From Octopus sinensis (lineage: Eukaryota): 64,000 bases of DNA. The stretch is from contig NC_043008.1 in NCBI RefSeq assembly GCF_006345805.1, positions 55,180,001 to 55,244,000 of the forward strand, written 5' to 3'. Made by a program: the position numbers and the translations under genes. Positions 38,071 through 51,300 of the stretch are shown here, piece by piece (the stretch's first letter is position 1; every line of letters starts with the position of its first letter). The notes under the pieces were generated by a model. That model saw only the letters and a list, made by a program, of their open reading frames with translations. It made no database searches and had not been told where the DNA came from.

Positions 38071-38420
38071 TTATTTGTTTCAGTAATTTGACTGTGGCCA
38101 TGCTGGGGCACTGCTTTGAAGTGTTGTTTTAGTTGAACAAATCGATCCTAGGACTTACTTTTTTGAAACCTAGTTCTTATTTTATCAGTCTCTTTTGCTG
38201 AGCCACTAAGTTATAGGGACGTTAACACACAATCACCAGTTACCAAGTAGTAGAGGGGGACAGACACTGATACACACACACACTCACTCACACACATATA
38301 TACGATGGGCTTCCTTCAGTTTCCATCTACCAAATCCACTCATAAGGCCTTCAGCCCAAGGCTATAGTAGAAAACACTTGCTCAAGGTACCACACAGTGT
38401 GATTGAACCTCGAACCAAGT
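38071..38420 (-). mobile_element. SINE-A, diverged
   Basis: Tail and core motifs in reverse orientation. Confidence 0.8.
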
Positions 38421-39323
38421 GTGTGTGTGTGTATACACACACATACACACTCACACACAGCATTCTCACATACATACACATGCTTGTGCACCTTAGTTCG
38501 TTGGGATCACCTTTCATTCAACTTTTTTTGTCATCTCACCATGTTAGTCTGCTGAATTCTACAGAGATTTTCTCTCTCTGTACACATACATATATATGGT
38601 TTCTTTTGGTTGCTCACATCCAAACATTGATCATATTTGTAGCTCAGTTCTTCAGCTGACATTCAACTAATTGCTACTACCAGTAATCACCATTTCTGAC
38701 CCTTCCTTCATTAATAACTGTGGTGTCCATTTAGTTCAATGCAGTTCTCATGCAAGTTGTATTTGTATCTATTTTATCTGATCCGATCTCTCTGTCCTAC
38801 TTGTAATTGACCCAGACATGTGTATTTAGTTGTCTTAGAGAATTTTCCTTTCTAGATGTATATCTCTTTCATCCTATTATATTTATAACATTAACATAGC
38901 CATGTATTTTGTAACTTGAGCTTGTTTGTGTAATTACATGTAAGCTTATGTATATTTGCACACTTTTTTTGCGATCCCTTGCTTGATTGATTACATATTT
39001 TATATGTTTGAATTGGTTATTATGCAAGTTTCAACAAAGAAAACTAATAGATTTTTTTTAATGGATATAATTTTAGCAATAAGAGGATATAGGATATCAG
39101 CAACCTTTATTGTCTCAGTCTCAGTAAAGAACAATAGACACCATATAAAAACATATAAGTAACAAAGGGTAACAGAGCATTTAGTCTTGAAATAATATCA
39201 TCTAAATTTTTCCCATTCCTTTGCTCATATGTGAAGCCTAGCATAGAAGTTCTCTCTTGCACATCATTCTATACTGTATACTATTAGGCGTATTGTATAC
39301 TATATTGTATACTAATAGGGGTA

Positions 39324-39873
39324 GGAGTGGCTGTGTGGTAAGTAGCTTGCTTATGAACCACATGGTTCCGGGTTCAGTCCCACTGCGTGGCACCTTGGGC
39401 AAGTGTCTTCTACTCTAGCCTCGGGCCGACCAAAGCCTTGTGAATGGATTTGGTAGACAGAAACTGAAAGAAGCCCGTCATATATATGCATATATATATG
39501 TGTGTGTATATGTTTGTGTGTCTGTGTTTGTCCCCCAACATCACTTGACAACCGATGCTGGTGTGTTTACGTCCCCGTAACTTAGCGATTCAACAAAAGA
39601 GACCGATAGAATAAGTACTAGGCTTCCAAAGAATAAGTCCTGGAGTCGATTTGCTCGACTAAAGGCGGTGCTCCAGCATGGCCAAAGTCAAATGACTGAA
39701 ACAAGTAAAAGAGTAAAGAGAGTATTGCCATGATTTCTAGAGGAAGTGCAGCTTTCGGTTCATCTAGTGTGAACAGTTTGTGGCACCTTGGGCAAGTGTC
39801 TTCTACTATAGCCTCGGGCCGACCAAAGCCTTGTGAGTGGATTTGGTAGACAGAAACTGAAAGAAGCCTGTCG

Positions 39874-39908
<35 letters not shown>

Positions 39909-40117
39909 GTTTGTGTGTCTGTGTTTGTCCCCCTAGCATTGCTTGACAACCGATGCTGGTGTGTTTATGTCCCCGTTACTTAGCGGTTCGGCAAAAAAGA
40001 CCGATAGAATAAGTACTGGGCTTACAAAAGAATAAGTCCCGGGGTCGAGTTGCTCGGTTAAAGGTGGTGCTCCAGCATGGCCGCAGTCAAATGACTGAAA
40101 CGAGCAAAAGAGAGAGT
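39324..40117 (+). mobile_element. Two tandem SINE-A copies (39324-39720 full length; 39780-40117 5' truncated)
   Basis: Both near-consensus. Confidence 0.92.
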
Positions 40118-40665
40118 ATACCTGCGGGATTGATAATGGCTATTAAAACAATTCAGAAAAATACGAAAATAGCTTGGATATCTCAAGTAAGTAAAACAAT
40201 TATGTAAACACTTTATAGTCAGGAATTAAATGTCATTATTCCAGATTTTTCAGGCGGCAAGATGTAGATAACATGCTTAGTGGCATTTCTTTTAGCTTTA
40301 CATTCTGACTTCAAATACTGCCAAAGTCAACTTTGCTTTTCATCCTTTTGGGGATAATAAAATTTTGAGGGGGTTGATGTAATCGACCAGCCTCCTCCAC
40401 CAAATTTTCAGTCCTTATGCCTAGAGTAGAAAGAATTATTTCAGATTTCTCTTGTTAATGTCTGAACAATGTAATTTTTTGAAGTTACTACAATCATCTT
40501 CATCATCATCATTTAACATGAGCATCATAAAAAAATCAATAATCTTTATAAATTTTAACTTAGCTCAAATATATTTGTGACGTATTTTTCCCTTCTACAT
40601 GAGTTAAATTAATTTCTTATCATTGCTTCTTGCCAATACTTAATGATCATAATAATAATAATAAT

Positions 40666-41020
40666 TGAGAAAGAAAACAAACTATGCTAGATCATAGACA
40701 TAGCAACAAGATATGCGATAAGGAAGAAAGAAAAGTCAAGAGATATGACAGGTTAGCTTGGGAAGTTAAGCAGTTGTGGTCGATGAAAAAAGGTAGCAGT
40801 CAGAGCCCTGGGGACAGTGAGCAAAAATCTCGAGAAGTACGTGGAACAAATAGGGGCTGCAATAAGGGTGGAGCACTTGAAGAAAACAGCACTGCTTAGA
40901 ACTGCTTGAATACTCCAGAAGGTGCTTGAAAAATAAGAGGTGTTACCTTAGTTTAATGGTAGTGAACAGCAGACACTGTAGTACATCTCCAGCGTTAGAA
41001 GCTGTACAAAGGCAACAAAA
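40666..41020 (+). mobile_element. RLE-type non-LTR retrotransposon 3' end (R4/Dong-like)
   Basis: IIDIA...KEERKVKRYDRLAWEVKQLW...ALGTVSKNL...KKTALLRTA*ILQKVL matches a restriction-like endonuclease C-terminus. Flanked by (TAA)n on both sides. Confidence 0.75.
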
Positions 41021-41569
41021 ACAACAATAATAATAATTATTATTATAATATATTGAAATGAGTTTTCAATTTGCACTACTTTCAAATATATTTATATTTG
41101 TTTTCAGTCGGCAATTTTTGTAAGCATAGTTTTTTTGTGATAAGAAGTGTTTCCTTTTTTACAACATGTCATAACAGCTTCAAAAAATTATGCTGTTCAA
41201 CAACTAAAAAGAGAAATCTTTAATAATGACATTTAAGCATTTACATATTTATTTAACTTAACTTGGAATACTAAAATGTATTTTTGTATTTTCCCAAATT
41301 GTTTTGGTATGATTATCAGTCTCACAGATGTGTGTACTAAAAACCAAAGGTTGCTCATTTCTTCAATAACATCCATGGAAGTTTTTACTCTGACTTATTG
41401 AAACAATCAATACATGTCATGTATCAATTGTGAAGTCTGTTCAATTCTAGAAGGACACTGTACCACACGAGTACATGCAGTGTTATTGTTTGTCCACCCT
41501 CATCAAAGGAATATGTGCCTATTACATCAAAGTTTTCCACACAGCATCCCACTTTTATGCATTCACAGA

Positions 41570-41963
41570 AATCGAAATCAAATTCGATGACTGGCATCCG
41601 TACTAGTGGAGCACTAAGAGCACCACCCGAGCATGATCATTGCCAGAGCGGCTAACTGGCACCATTCAAGCGTGATCGTCACCAGCATTGCCTTACTGGC
41701 ACTTGTGCCAGTGTGCAGGTGGCACATAAAAGAAAACACCATTTGGGCATGGCCGTTGCCAGTACTGGCTGACTGGCCCTTATGCTGGTGGCACATAAAA
41801 GTACCCACTACACTCATGGAGTGGTTGGCGTTAGGAAGGGCATCCAGCTGTAGAAACACCGCCAGATCTGACTGGCCTGGTACAGCCTTCCAGCTTCCCA
41901 GACCTCAGTTAAACCGTCCAATCCATGCTAGCATTGAAAGCGGACGTTGATGATGATGATGAT
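41570..41963 (+). mobile_element. SINE-M
   Basis: Core GGTTGGCGTTAGGAAGGGCATCCAGCTGTAGAAA and (GAT)n tail. Confidence 0.85.
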
Positions 41964-42632
41964 GGGTAAAGTGATGCTCATGAATTTGTCTTGGATTGAT
42001 GTCCTACCAACAGCAGATGTTTTTGCAGTTTTAGACAAGGATGCAAATGAGAAAGAACTGGAAGTGCATTGTGAACAGCAGTGTATAACAACATCCAATA
42101 GTTATGTCGACACAAGCAATATGGTGATGAAACAACATTCATGTGTGGCTATCACAATAGTTAGATAATAATCGCATCCATAGTTTCATGATACTACATG
42201 TTTTTGACATTCTTTGCAAAAATGGATATCACACGCTTCATATATTTCTTTACAAATAATATATACATGTGTGTGTGTATGCAGCCAGTGTCTTACATAT
42301 AGAGGATGTAAAATTGTATTGCCTTTCTTTTATTTCTCTCTTGTCATTTTTGGTCGAATGAAGGATTTTGTTTGAAACATTAGCTACATAATTCCCCAAG
42401 ATAATTTCATGGAAAATCTATATATGTCAGAAATAATTTCTTTTAGAATTGTTAGCATGCCAGACAACAAGCTTAACAGCCTTTCTTCTTGTTCCTTACA
42501 TTCTGAGTTCAAATTCCACTGAGACCGACTTTGTCTTTCATCTTTTTGGGGGTCGATAAAATTAAGTACCAGTTGAGCTCTGAGGTTTATGCAATTCATT
42601 TGCTCCATGTCCTTAGAAGGAGCAATTGATAT

Positions 42633-43190
42633 TCTTTACTCTAGGCACAAGGCCCAAAATTTTGGGGGAGGGAGCCAGTTGATTAGATCAACCCCAGTTG
42701 ATTAGATCGACCCCAAAGTCCATCCCCTCCTCACCGTGGTGGGGATGCTGGCAACGGGTAGTGTCAAAGCTATGCCGTCAGGAACTTCGGTTCATGGTAG
42801 GATTGGTCTGACACCGAGTGGTATTAGGGCCACAACCCGGCAGACGAGGCTCTGGTGAAAATCCTCGGAGTGTCTGTTTCGGCAACCGGCAGCTCCTCGG
42901 TTGTTCTGTCCCTGCGTCTGCGGACAATCTGCGGCAAACAGGATGCCTCTACATGCAGGATTGTTGGGGACCGCTTGTGAAATCCACATTTTCCCACGAG
43001 ACTTCTTCCAAGGAAGAAGCCAACTCAATCCGCCCAGGGTGAATGTTGCCACAAGTACAAGTAAGTACACAACTGGTACTTAATTTATCAACCCCAAAAG
43101 GATGAAAGGCAAAGTTGACCTCAGTGGAACTTGAACACAGAACATAAAGTTTTCGCCCTGCGTGCTAACGTATCTGGCAGCTCACCACTT
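42633..43190 (-). mobile_element. SINE-N interrupted by a CpG-rich insert (~42720-43055)
   Basis: SINE halves join at cgacccca|gtacacaactggtac. Confidence 0.7.
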
Positions 43191-43896
43191 TGAATTATTA
43201 TTGACATTACAACAGCTTTTCTATTTATTGTGTTATTTTATTGCTCAACTGAGCAACAATCTCATATGCCATATGTATGTATTTGTATTAGGTCATATTG
43301 GTTGAACAATATGTAACATGTTGTACACAGCAGTATAATTCATGTATTGATTATATGTGTGTGTGTGTTATACAAGGCCTGATATTTTGATTATACATTT
43401 TTATCTGGCTGGGTCTTTATTTCTTTTTTTTTTTTTATATGCCAAGCAAACCTATTATTTGACATTTTATTTCTGGTTTCGATCACTACATTCTTCTGGA
43501 TATATCTATTCCTAGTTATTTTGTTGTTTCTTTTTTTTTGTTTTTTTTTTTCTCTTTTTTGTTTTTTTCGGTAGGGTGGTGAGATAACTTCACTTGTTCT
43601 TTTAGAAGAAATGCTGTTATCTGCTTCCATTCGAAGCAAGCTGTATGTTTTGTTCATAAAAGCATTGCTGTTTTTGGAACTTGTGTGTGTATGTGTGCGA
43701 GGATTTCTAGGTTTGGGCATAAAAAGAAGTGTTTGCTTTCTTTTGATTTGAGTATTTCCCTTCGATATTGCTTTCATTAAGGATTCAGCGACATATTTTT
43801 ATTTTCTTACCGTCTTTATTTATCTTGGTAGGTTTGTTTAGATGGTTTTTCTTTTTTATTACAATGTGTTGTCATTTTTGGTTTTAGATTGTATTC

Positions 43897-43932
<36 letters not shown>

Positions 43933-44279
43933 CATATGTTAATGTGTGTGTACATGTTTGAATGTATGTGCGTATATGTGTGTTTGTGTGCATGTCAGTT
44001 GTGTGTATATCCATATGTGAGTTTGTGTATGCATGTATGTGTGTGTATATATGTGTGTGTGTATGTATCTATGTGTACAAGTGAGTATGTGTTTATGTAC
44101 CTGTCAGTGTGTGTATGTGTGTATATGTATGTGAGCCTGTGGGTTTGTGCATATAGGTGTGTGTTTGTGAGTGACAGAGAGAGAGACGGACTATCTGTAG
44201 AAGAAATTGATTGAGCTTGAAAATGTTGCTATCAGTTTCCAGAATGCCAACAATGTTCCAGTTGTTATTATTATTATTA

Positions 44280-44316
<37 letters not shown>

Positions 44317-44472
44317 CATTATTATTATTATTATTATTATTTCTGCTGGGATCGACTTTGCTTTCATCCTTTTGAGGTCGATGAAATAAGAAACCAGTCA
44401 AGCACTGGGGTCAATATAATCAGCTATAACCCCACCCCACCCACCACCAAATTCCAGGTCTTGTGCCTATAT

Positions 44473-44954
44473 TCTTTCTTTTATTCTTTGACTTGTTTCA
44501 GTCATTTGACTGCGGCCATGCTGGAGCAGCGCCTTTAGTCGAGCAAATCAACTCCAGGACTCATTCTTTGTAAGCTTAGTACTTATTCTGTTGGCCTCTT
44601 TTTGCCAAACCACTATGTTACTGGGACATAAACACACCAGCATCAGTTGTCAAGCGAGGGGACAAACACAGACACACAGACATATATACACACACACATA
44701 CATCATCATCATCATCGTTTAACGTCCGTTCTCCATGCTAGCATGGGTTGGACGGTACATACATATATACATATATATATATATGTGTGTGTGTGTATAT
44801 GTATATATATATATATATGTATATATACATGTATATGTATATATATATATATATATATGTATATACGACGGACTTCAGTTTCCATCTACCAAATCCACTC
44901 ACAAAGCTTTGGTCGGCCCAAGGCTATAGTAGAAGATACTTGCCCAAGGTGCCA
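44473..44954 (-). mobile_element. SINE-A containing a 55-bp SINE-M tail (44701-44756)
   Basis: catcatcatcgtttaacgtcc...gggttggacgg sits inside the CA spacer of SINE-A. Confidence 0.85.
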
Positions 44955-45199
44955 GGATTATTATTATTATTATTATTATGGCCGTCAGCCTGGCAAACCT
45001 CACTTGACCTCATTCCGTGGGTTTCATAAAGAAAAATACATTATATGTGTATTTACGCCCTTCAGGTTTGTACCATCATGGACAACAGGTTAATTGCTGT
45101 CGAGGAGTGGTGCGTTTATTATCCTGTTTTGTGGGACAGGTCAATTGATTTTGTTTTTCAATCATAGTTGTTTGTGTTTTCTCCGCCAACAAGGTGACA

Positions 45200-47800
45200 C
45201 TCATATGTGAGAGAGGCAGAGAGAGTGAGAAGCATCACCAAATGTCAAAAAACTAAAAAACAAAAAAACAAAATAAAACAGACAACAGCTGTATTTTTGT
45301 TGAAAAAAAAAAAGACAGCAGGTCCAATTTTTTTCAAGACAGGTCTCTTAGAAGATCTTCAGGAAAACAACAGTTCCGTTTTCGACAACATTTTTCAAAA
45401 TAAAAACAGCAATTTCAAAAATGTAAACAAGGAGAGCCCTTTCGTGAGTGAAGCAATGGACAATGCGAGTACAAGTAACAACAACATTGGCAGCACCATC
45501 AACAACTACTACAACAACAACGGGAGTAACAAAAACAACAACAACAATAATGAAAACAATGAAGGGGCTGAGAAACAAACCAGTGCAATGGCTTGGAATA
45601 GCTCTTCTAAACTTTCTTTTGCTGGAGCCGCCAAGTTGTATCTTCAGAGACATACGGGGTGCCCAGGGCGTAGTGGGCGCGAACAAAATGGCTCCACACC
45701 CAGGACGCCGTGGAGTCGCGCGGCCTGGCTCCTCCTCGCATGGGGTCGGTCGTCGCGCACCGCGACGCACGGCTGACATTCCAGCGGCAGCGAACGGTCG
45801 ACTCGGAATTGGTACGGACTGGGGGAATCCAACTGTCTAATTAAAACAGAGCATCGCGTAGCCGGCCGAGCCGCACAGACGCGATGTGATTTCTGCCCAA
45901 TGCTCTGAATGTCAAAGTGAAGAAATACAAGAGGAACTTAAAAATGCCAGACAGCTAGTTGAGAGAGATGGAATAGCTGTAAGGCTAAACACCCTACCAG
46001 AGACAATCCAGGATATGATACACCACACAGTGACATGCCGTACAATTGGATTACAATCAAGGAGGGTAGAAAGAGCCACAGAGGCCCAAATGCAAAAAGC
46101 TTTTGGTTCTGCCTGGAATCTAAAGGAATATATATAGAGAGGAAGGGGCTATGGAATGGTGGATGTTAGATTTCCCACCGAGGATGAAGCAAAATATCAC
46201 TCTCTGAATCCCCTCAAAAGTGAGGAGTTAGCATTAGTTCCTTTCTACTGCAGCCAGAGACTGGCCAAAATCATCATTCAACAGGTACCGTCAGAAATTG
46301 CCATTCCTTGGCTAATTGTTACAGTGATGATAGACATCAAAGAAAACTCGAAAACCCTCAAAGCCTATCAGATCAAAGAGGAGAACTGGTCCAGGATGAC
46401 CATAAAACTCCTCATCCAAACCACCCAAAAGAATGTGGATCTCATTCCAGACCAGATACTTCTTCCTGGAAGCAGCATAATTATAGTCAGAGTAGATGGA
46501 AGGAAAATAAAGTGCCACACTTGCTTTTCAACTAATCATTTAAAAGCCTTCTGCCCTCAACTGAAGGGAAAAGAGACTTGGGCCAACTCTCCTCCCTTCT
46601 CTAGCAACGGCCACCAGAACTCGAGGGACCACAGCAGCAGCACCATCACCATCAGCAGATTCAACCATGGCAGCCTCAACACCAACAACCATACCAACAC
46701 CGAGTTTCCCCAAACACATCTCAGTGCCCCAGAGTTTCCACTTCCCAATGTGGAGCAGGTGGACATCACAGGTGGAGAGTCAGACCGTGATGAGGAGTGG
46801 AAGTTGAAAACTAAAAAATGGAAAAGTAACGAAAAGAAAAACAAACATATGGACAGAAGTAGAAAGAAAAAATCAAACCAACAAAAACAAATATTAGAAA
46901 ATTACTATTTTTAAGTCTCACGAGAGATATTCAGCAACAGTATTTTGGAGTAAAGATTGTTTGCCAACATAACATGGCAGTCATTATTTAGGCTGAATGT
47001 TACTGTAATTTAGCCCCAGGAGACGATGTCAGCAACCTTCGTCCTAAACCAGGACTGCCATGTTATGTTGGCAAACAATCTTTAGTCCAAAAACAAACAC
47101 AGCATTGGTATCACCAACTCTAACACCTGAAACACAAGCTGTCCCACACACAACAACAACAACAATCACAGTGACAACTACCACCACCACCACCACAACT
47201 ACAACAGCAACAAACACAAATTAAAGAGACTAATATTACAGACTACATGGCAATAGGCAATTAATTAATGAATAAGCAATGAATTAATGAAGTACATAAT
47301 AACACCCACAAACATTACTCTAGAAAGCTTCGTTGCACCCACAAACTCCCTACTGGCACACATACAAATCATTCAAACAACACAAGACACATACACACAC
47401 TTAAAAACCCAATTCCCACAAAAAATCAGGGAATTTCAAGAAAATATCACCAGGAGAACTCTTGGTGATTTTCTGTTGGAAACACCCCAAGCCAACAGGA
47501 GGGATGGGCAATCCGCCCCTCCAAACAAAACCAAGTAAATTTTCCTTTTCTTTTCTTTTTCCGACAACATGGTCGTGTATGGAATAGGCAGCATGAATGT
47601 ATGTGGCCTGGGGTCGCCTGCTCAATGACCCCCAGGGCACTGAATGTTGACGTAGTGGCCATTAGTGAAACCAGAATTTCTAACTCCTGAGATTTGTAAC
47701 CTATTTTCAGTTACTATGAGGTATACACATCCCCAAGCTGTTTGGGAGCAGGAGATAGAGCTGTCGTGATGATATAGAAAAATCTGGATCCTGCAATAAC
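45200..47800 (+). mobile_element. L1/Tx1-like LINE, 5' part: broken ORF1 with CCHC knuckle and start of ORF2 endonuclease
   Basis: SFAGAAK motif. C-x2-C-x4-H-x4-C (CHTCFSTNHLKAFC) at 46513-46554. ORF2 ATG at 47569: IGSMNVCGL...VDVVAISETRI (APE N-terminus). Cut by SINE-M at 47801. Confidence 0.8.
45656..45926 (+). rRNA. 28S (LSU) rRNA fragment: D8-like expansion segment plus conserved core. This is a dispersed pseudo-fragment and not a functional rDNA unit.
   Basis: GGGGAATCC.ACTGTCTAATTAAAACA.AGCATCGCG...GACGCGATGTGATTTCTGCCCA.TGCTCTGAATGTCAAAGTGAAGAAAT is conserved eukaryotic LSU sequence. The GC/CpG-rich 5' part (45656-45790) is assigned to D8 by position only. Confidence 0.9.
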
Positions 47801-48148
47801 ATCATCATCATCATCATCATCATCGTTTAACGTCCGTTTTCCGTGCTAGCACGGGTTGGACGGTTCGACCGGGGTCTGGGAAGCCAGGGGCTGCTCCAGG
47901 CTCCAGTCTGATCTGGCAGAGTTTCTACGGCTGGATGCCCTTCCTAACGCCAACCACTCCGCGAGTGTAGTGGGTGCTTTTTACGTGCCACCTGCACAGG
48001 TGCCAGGTGGGGTCCAGCATTGGCCACGATCGGTTGGAGCTTTTAACATGCCAGCGGCACGGAAGCCAGCCAAGGCGGCGCTGGCAACGTTCGGATGGTC
48101 TTTTTATGTGCCACCGGCACAGGAGCCAGTTTGAGCGGCGCTGGCATC
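47801..48148 (-). mobile_element. SINE-M, young (CpG retained)
   Basis: (CAT)n tail and complete core. Confidence 0.88.
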
Positions 48149-48657
48149 AGTTCTACAATGGAGAATTGAAGGAAGGAAATAAAGTACTGCAGAAGAATGA
48201 TGGAAGATTGAGTGTTCCAAGAGGAGTTGTTGGGAAAGGCTTGAGAGAACCTCGATATTTGTGCACATTTATATTTATAAAATATCTACAAGAAGTAATG
48301 CTCTTTAAAGAAAAAATTTGAAAATAAATTCAACCATACAGGAAACAAATATAAATATAAAAAATAGCTAAAACCACAGGACAAAAAAATTATTTCGTGA
48401 CAAGAAACTGGGACAGTACTGATTTAAACATTTATAGATAAGAAAAGCAAGCAATAATACACAAATACAAACAAACTTTATTGAGCATAAAATGTTCAAG
48501 GTAATTTCATGAACATTATATCCCATCAAAAATACATTTAGACAAGGAAAGAAACCAGTCAGGGATAAAAATGTGACAGTAGTGTGTCACCAATGAAACC
48601 ATTATGCAAACTTTTACTGTTCAGTATTTGATTGTTGATTTTTGTTGCCAAGGTGCA

Positions 48658-49030
48658 GGAGTGGCTGTGTGGTGAGTAGCTTGTTTACCAACCACATTGT
48701 TCCGGGTTCAGTCCCACTGCATGGCACCTTGGGCAAGTGTCTTCTACTATAGCCTCGGGCCTACCAAAGCCTTGTGAGTGGATTTGGTAGATAGAAACTG
48801 AAAGAAGCCCGTCGTATATATGTGTATATATATATGTGTGTGTTTGTCCCCCTAGCATTGCTTGACGACCGATGCTGGTGTGTTTATGTCCCCGTCACTT
48901 AGCGGTTCGGCAAAAGAGACCGATAGAATAAGTACTGGGCTTACAAAGAATAAGTCCCGGGGTCGAGTTGCTCGATTAAAGGCGGTGCTCCAGCATGGCC
49001 GCAGTCAAATGACTGAAACAAGTGAAAGAT
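48658..49030 (+). mobile_element. SINE-A, young full-length copy
   Basis: Near-consensus. Confidence 0.93.
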
Positions 49031-49315
49031 TAAAAAATAAGTGTAGGGTGGAATCAGCTATCAGCTATGACCCCTGTGAAAATTGCCCTACTGTTTTCTT
49101 TTGGCTGGGAAGTTTTCGTCTCTCTGTGACTATGGCAAAGTGAAGACAACTGAAAGGTGAGAAGACAAGATAGACTAGCACTTCTTTTGTCGACCAAGCC
49201 TTAGTCACTCGGCAAAAGAGAGCAATAGAATAATGATTTAAAATAAGTACTGGGGATCAATTTGTTCAACTAAACCCTTCAAATCAGTGCCCTAGTATGG
49301 CCACAATCCAATGAC

Positions 49316-49540
49316 TTAACCCTTTAGAATTCAAATTATTCTATCCAATGAAATGCTTATTTATTCACATTGTTTTAAATTAATTATACATTACCTCATA
49401 GCTTCGAGATTTTGATGGTGTGATGGTTAATTTTACGAACAACATTGTTAATAAGGTGTGAGAGGCTAGATCTGACCAGTTTGAACATAAACAGGTAGGA
49501 TATTTGGGCTGGATATGGCCAGTTTAAATGCTTAAGAAGT
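49316..49540. mobile_element. TTAA-flanked MITE family 2
   Basis: Starts TTAACCCTTTAG. Right end is degenerate. Confidence 0.65.
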
Positions 49541-49556
49541 AAGAAAAAAAAAAGTA

Positions 49557-49966
49557 TACTCTTTTACTTGTTTCAGTCATTTGACCATGGCTATGCTGGA
49601 GCACCGGCTTTAGTCGAGCAAATCGACCCCAGGACTTATTCTTTGTAAGCCTAGTACTTATTCTATCGAGCTTTTTTGCCGAACCACTATGTTGCGGGGA
49701 CATAAATACGCCAGCATCGGTTGTCAAATGATGTTGGGGGACAAACAGACACATCAACATATACACACACATACATACATACATATATATATACATATAT
49801 ATATATATCCGATGGGCTTCTTTCAGTTTCCGTCTACCAAATCCACTCACAAGGCTTTGGTTGGCCCGAAACTATAGTAGAAGACACTTGCCCAAGGTGC
49901 CATGCAGTGGGTCTGAACCTGAGACCATGTGGTTGGTAAGCAAGCTACTTACCACACAGCCACTCC
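49557..49966 (-). mobile_element. SINE-A, full length
   Basis: Near-consensus, inverted relative to 48658-49030. Confidence 0.92.
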
Positions 49967-51057
49967 TACGCCTATGCTTATTTAAAAATACAAATCACAA
50001 CTGCATAAGCTATAAGAACATATCAAGCAGATTATTTACACTGTTGTAGTTCATATTCTCAGACACTTGGGCAACCAAATATATAACTTATTGTCACTTG
50101 CATACAAGCAAGTAATCTTGTCTTTCTATTTTTAGTTATTCTGACAACTTGTTCATATTTTCTCATCACACATTCATAGAGTAACAATCTTGCCTTTTGG
50201 TGCTGTTGTTGTTGTTAAGCAACAAGACGGGTAAGGGTGACTAGGTGATGGTCTAAGGCTTAGGGGCCGGAGACCCCAGACCTTGGAAAAAAAAAAAACT
50301 TTGGTCATCTTGTTGTAGTCGAGGGCTCTTCATTGATGCCCAACACCACTGGGAGGTGGCTCTCGAAGTCGCTGGAAATGGAGATCTCCAGGTCCAAATT
50401 CTTGGACGGCGCCTTTTGGTGCTGCTGTCATGTGGTCCAGGCAGTCTCAGGGGCATTCGCTGGAGAAATACATCCTTAACTTTTGATGCAAGTTTTCATT
50501 CATTCATTCTGACCTCATTATCAACTTCAACCAACCAAACTGTAGCCCTGCTGATGACAATTTTTGCCATTAATCTCTGCTTAAAAATGGAGTCATTTTC
50601 AAACTCTAATTACGTTCAAGACAAATTCAGCTTAGCTTCAAATCCTTCCATGTCATGCATTCAAAATCATGAAAGTTTGAAACCGATTTATTGAATCTGA
50701 ATAAATTCTTTTTTTACACTTCTGCGCATATGCAAAACTTATTTTCGCATCACACACATACAAGCACACACACACACAGAGTAACTTACATTTCCTCCAC
50801 AGACGCTAACCCCCACACAACCTCACACGTACACACCCACACAGACACATATACAAACACACTGTACACAAAACACACAGACACAACATATACATACATG
50901 CACACACACATACTTCTAACTACCAGTTAAACACCTTTCTACTAACTATTCTCCTATGCCAGGTGTAGGGAGACACAACAGATAGCCACTCCTACCAAAA
51001 TTCTTACTATAAATTTTTCCTATGACCTTCAGTGACACTTGTCCAACCACACACACA

Positions 51058-51097
<40 letters not shown>

Positions 51098-51265
51098 ACC
51101 TGCACGCACGCACATACACACACATATACCTCCTTCTCTTGCACTCTCCTGTCTTAGAAAGGACTTTTTCTTCACCCATTCCCTTCTGGTCATTTCAATA
51201 TGTGACCGCGTGTGTATCATTGGCGATTTTCTTTCTCCGTCTTCCCTTCTTTGGACTTTTTCTAT

Positions 51266-51300
51266 ATTTCTGACGAGGAGCTCCGCTCGAAACGTGAAAT
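51266..51300 (+). ncRNA. Minimal type I hammerhead motif (Penelope pLTR type), probably inactive (G at position 17)
   Basis: ATTT-CTGACGA-G-GAGC tcc GCTC-GAAA-CG-T-G-AAAT. Confidence 0.7.

Noticed and set aside
42029-42168. Protein-like DKDANEKELEVHCEQQ... after acceptor-like ttttgcag/ttttag
   Set aside because: It needs a phase-1 upstream exon that was not found, and there is no recognisable homology.
43470-43505. Minus-strand CAGAAGA...GAAAC, a possible hammerhead
   Set aside because: No credible stem I or stem II pairing.
45656-45926. Interpretation as a functional rDNA locus or as 5.8S rRNA
   Set aside because: The conserved text is LSU (28S) core, only ~270 bp long, and flanked by LINE ORF1 sequence with no other rDNA present.
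12815-49939. Recurrent ORFs of the type MSSNARG.NTDTQT...CPRCHAVGLNPEPCGW (12815, 13346, 39351, 44647, 49721)
   Set aside because: They are antisense readings of SINE-A. The C..CH pattern is incidental and does not indicate a gene family.
50230-50470. GC-rich minus-strand segment with SDFESHLPV and an (AAC)n end
   Set aside because: Probably a LINE remnant, but motifs are too degraded to classify.
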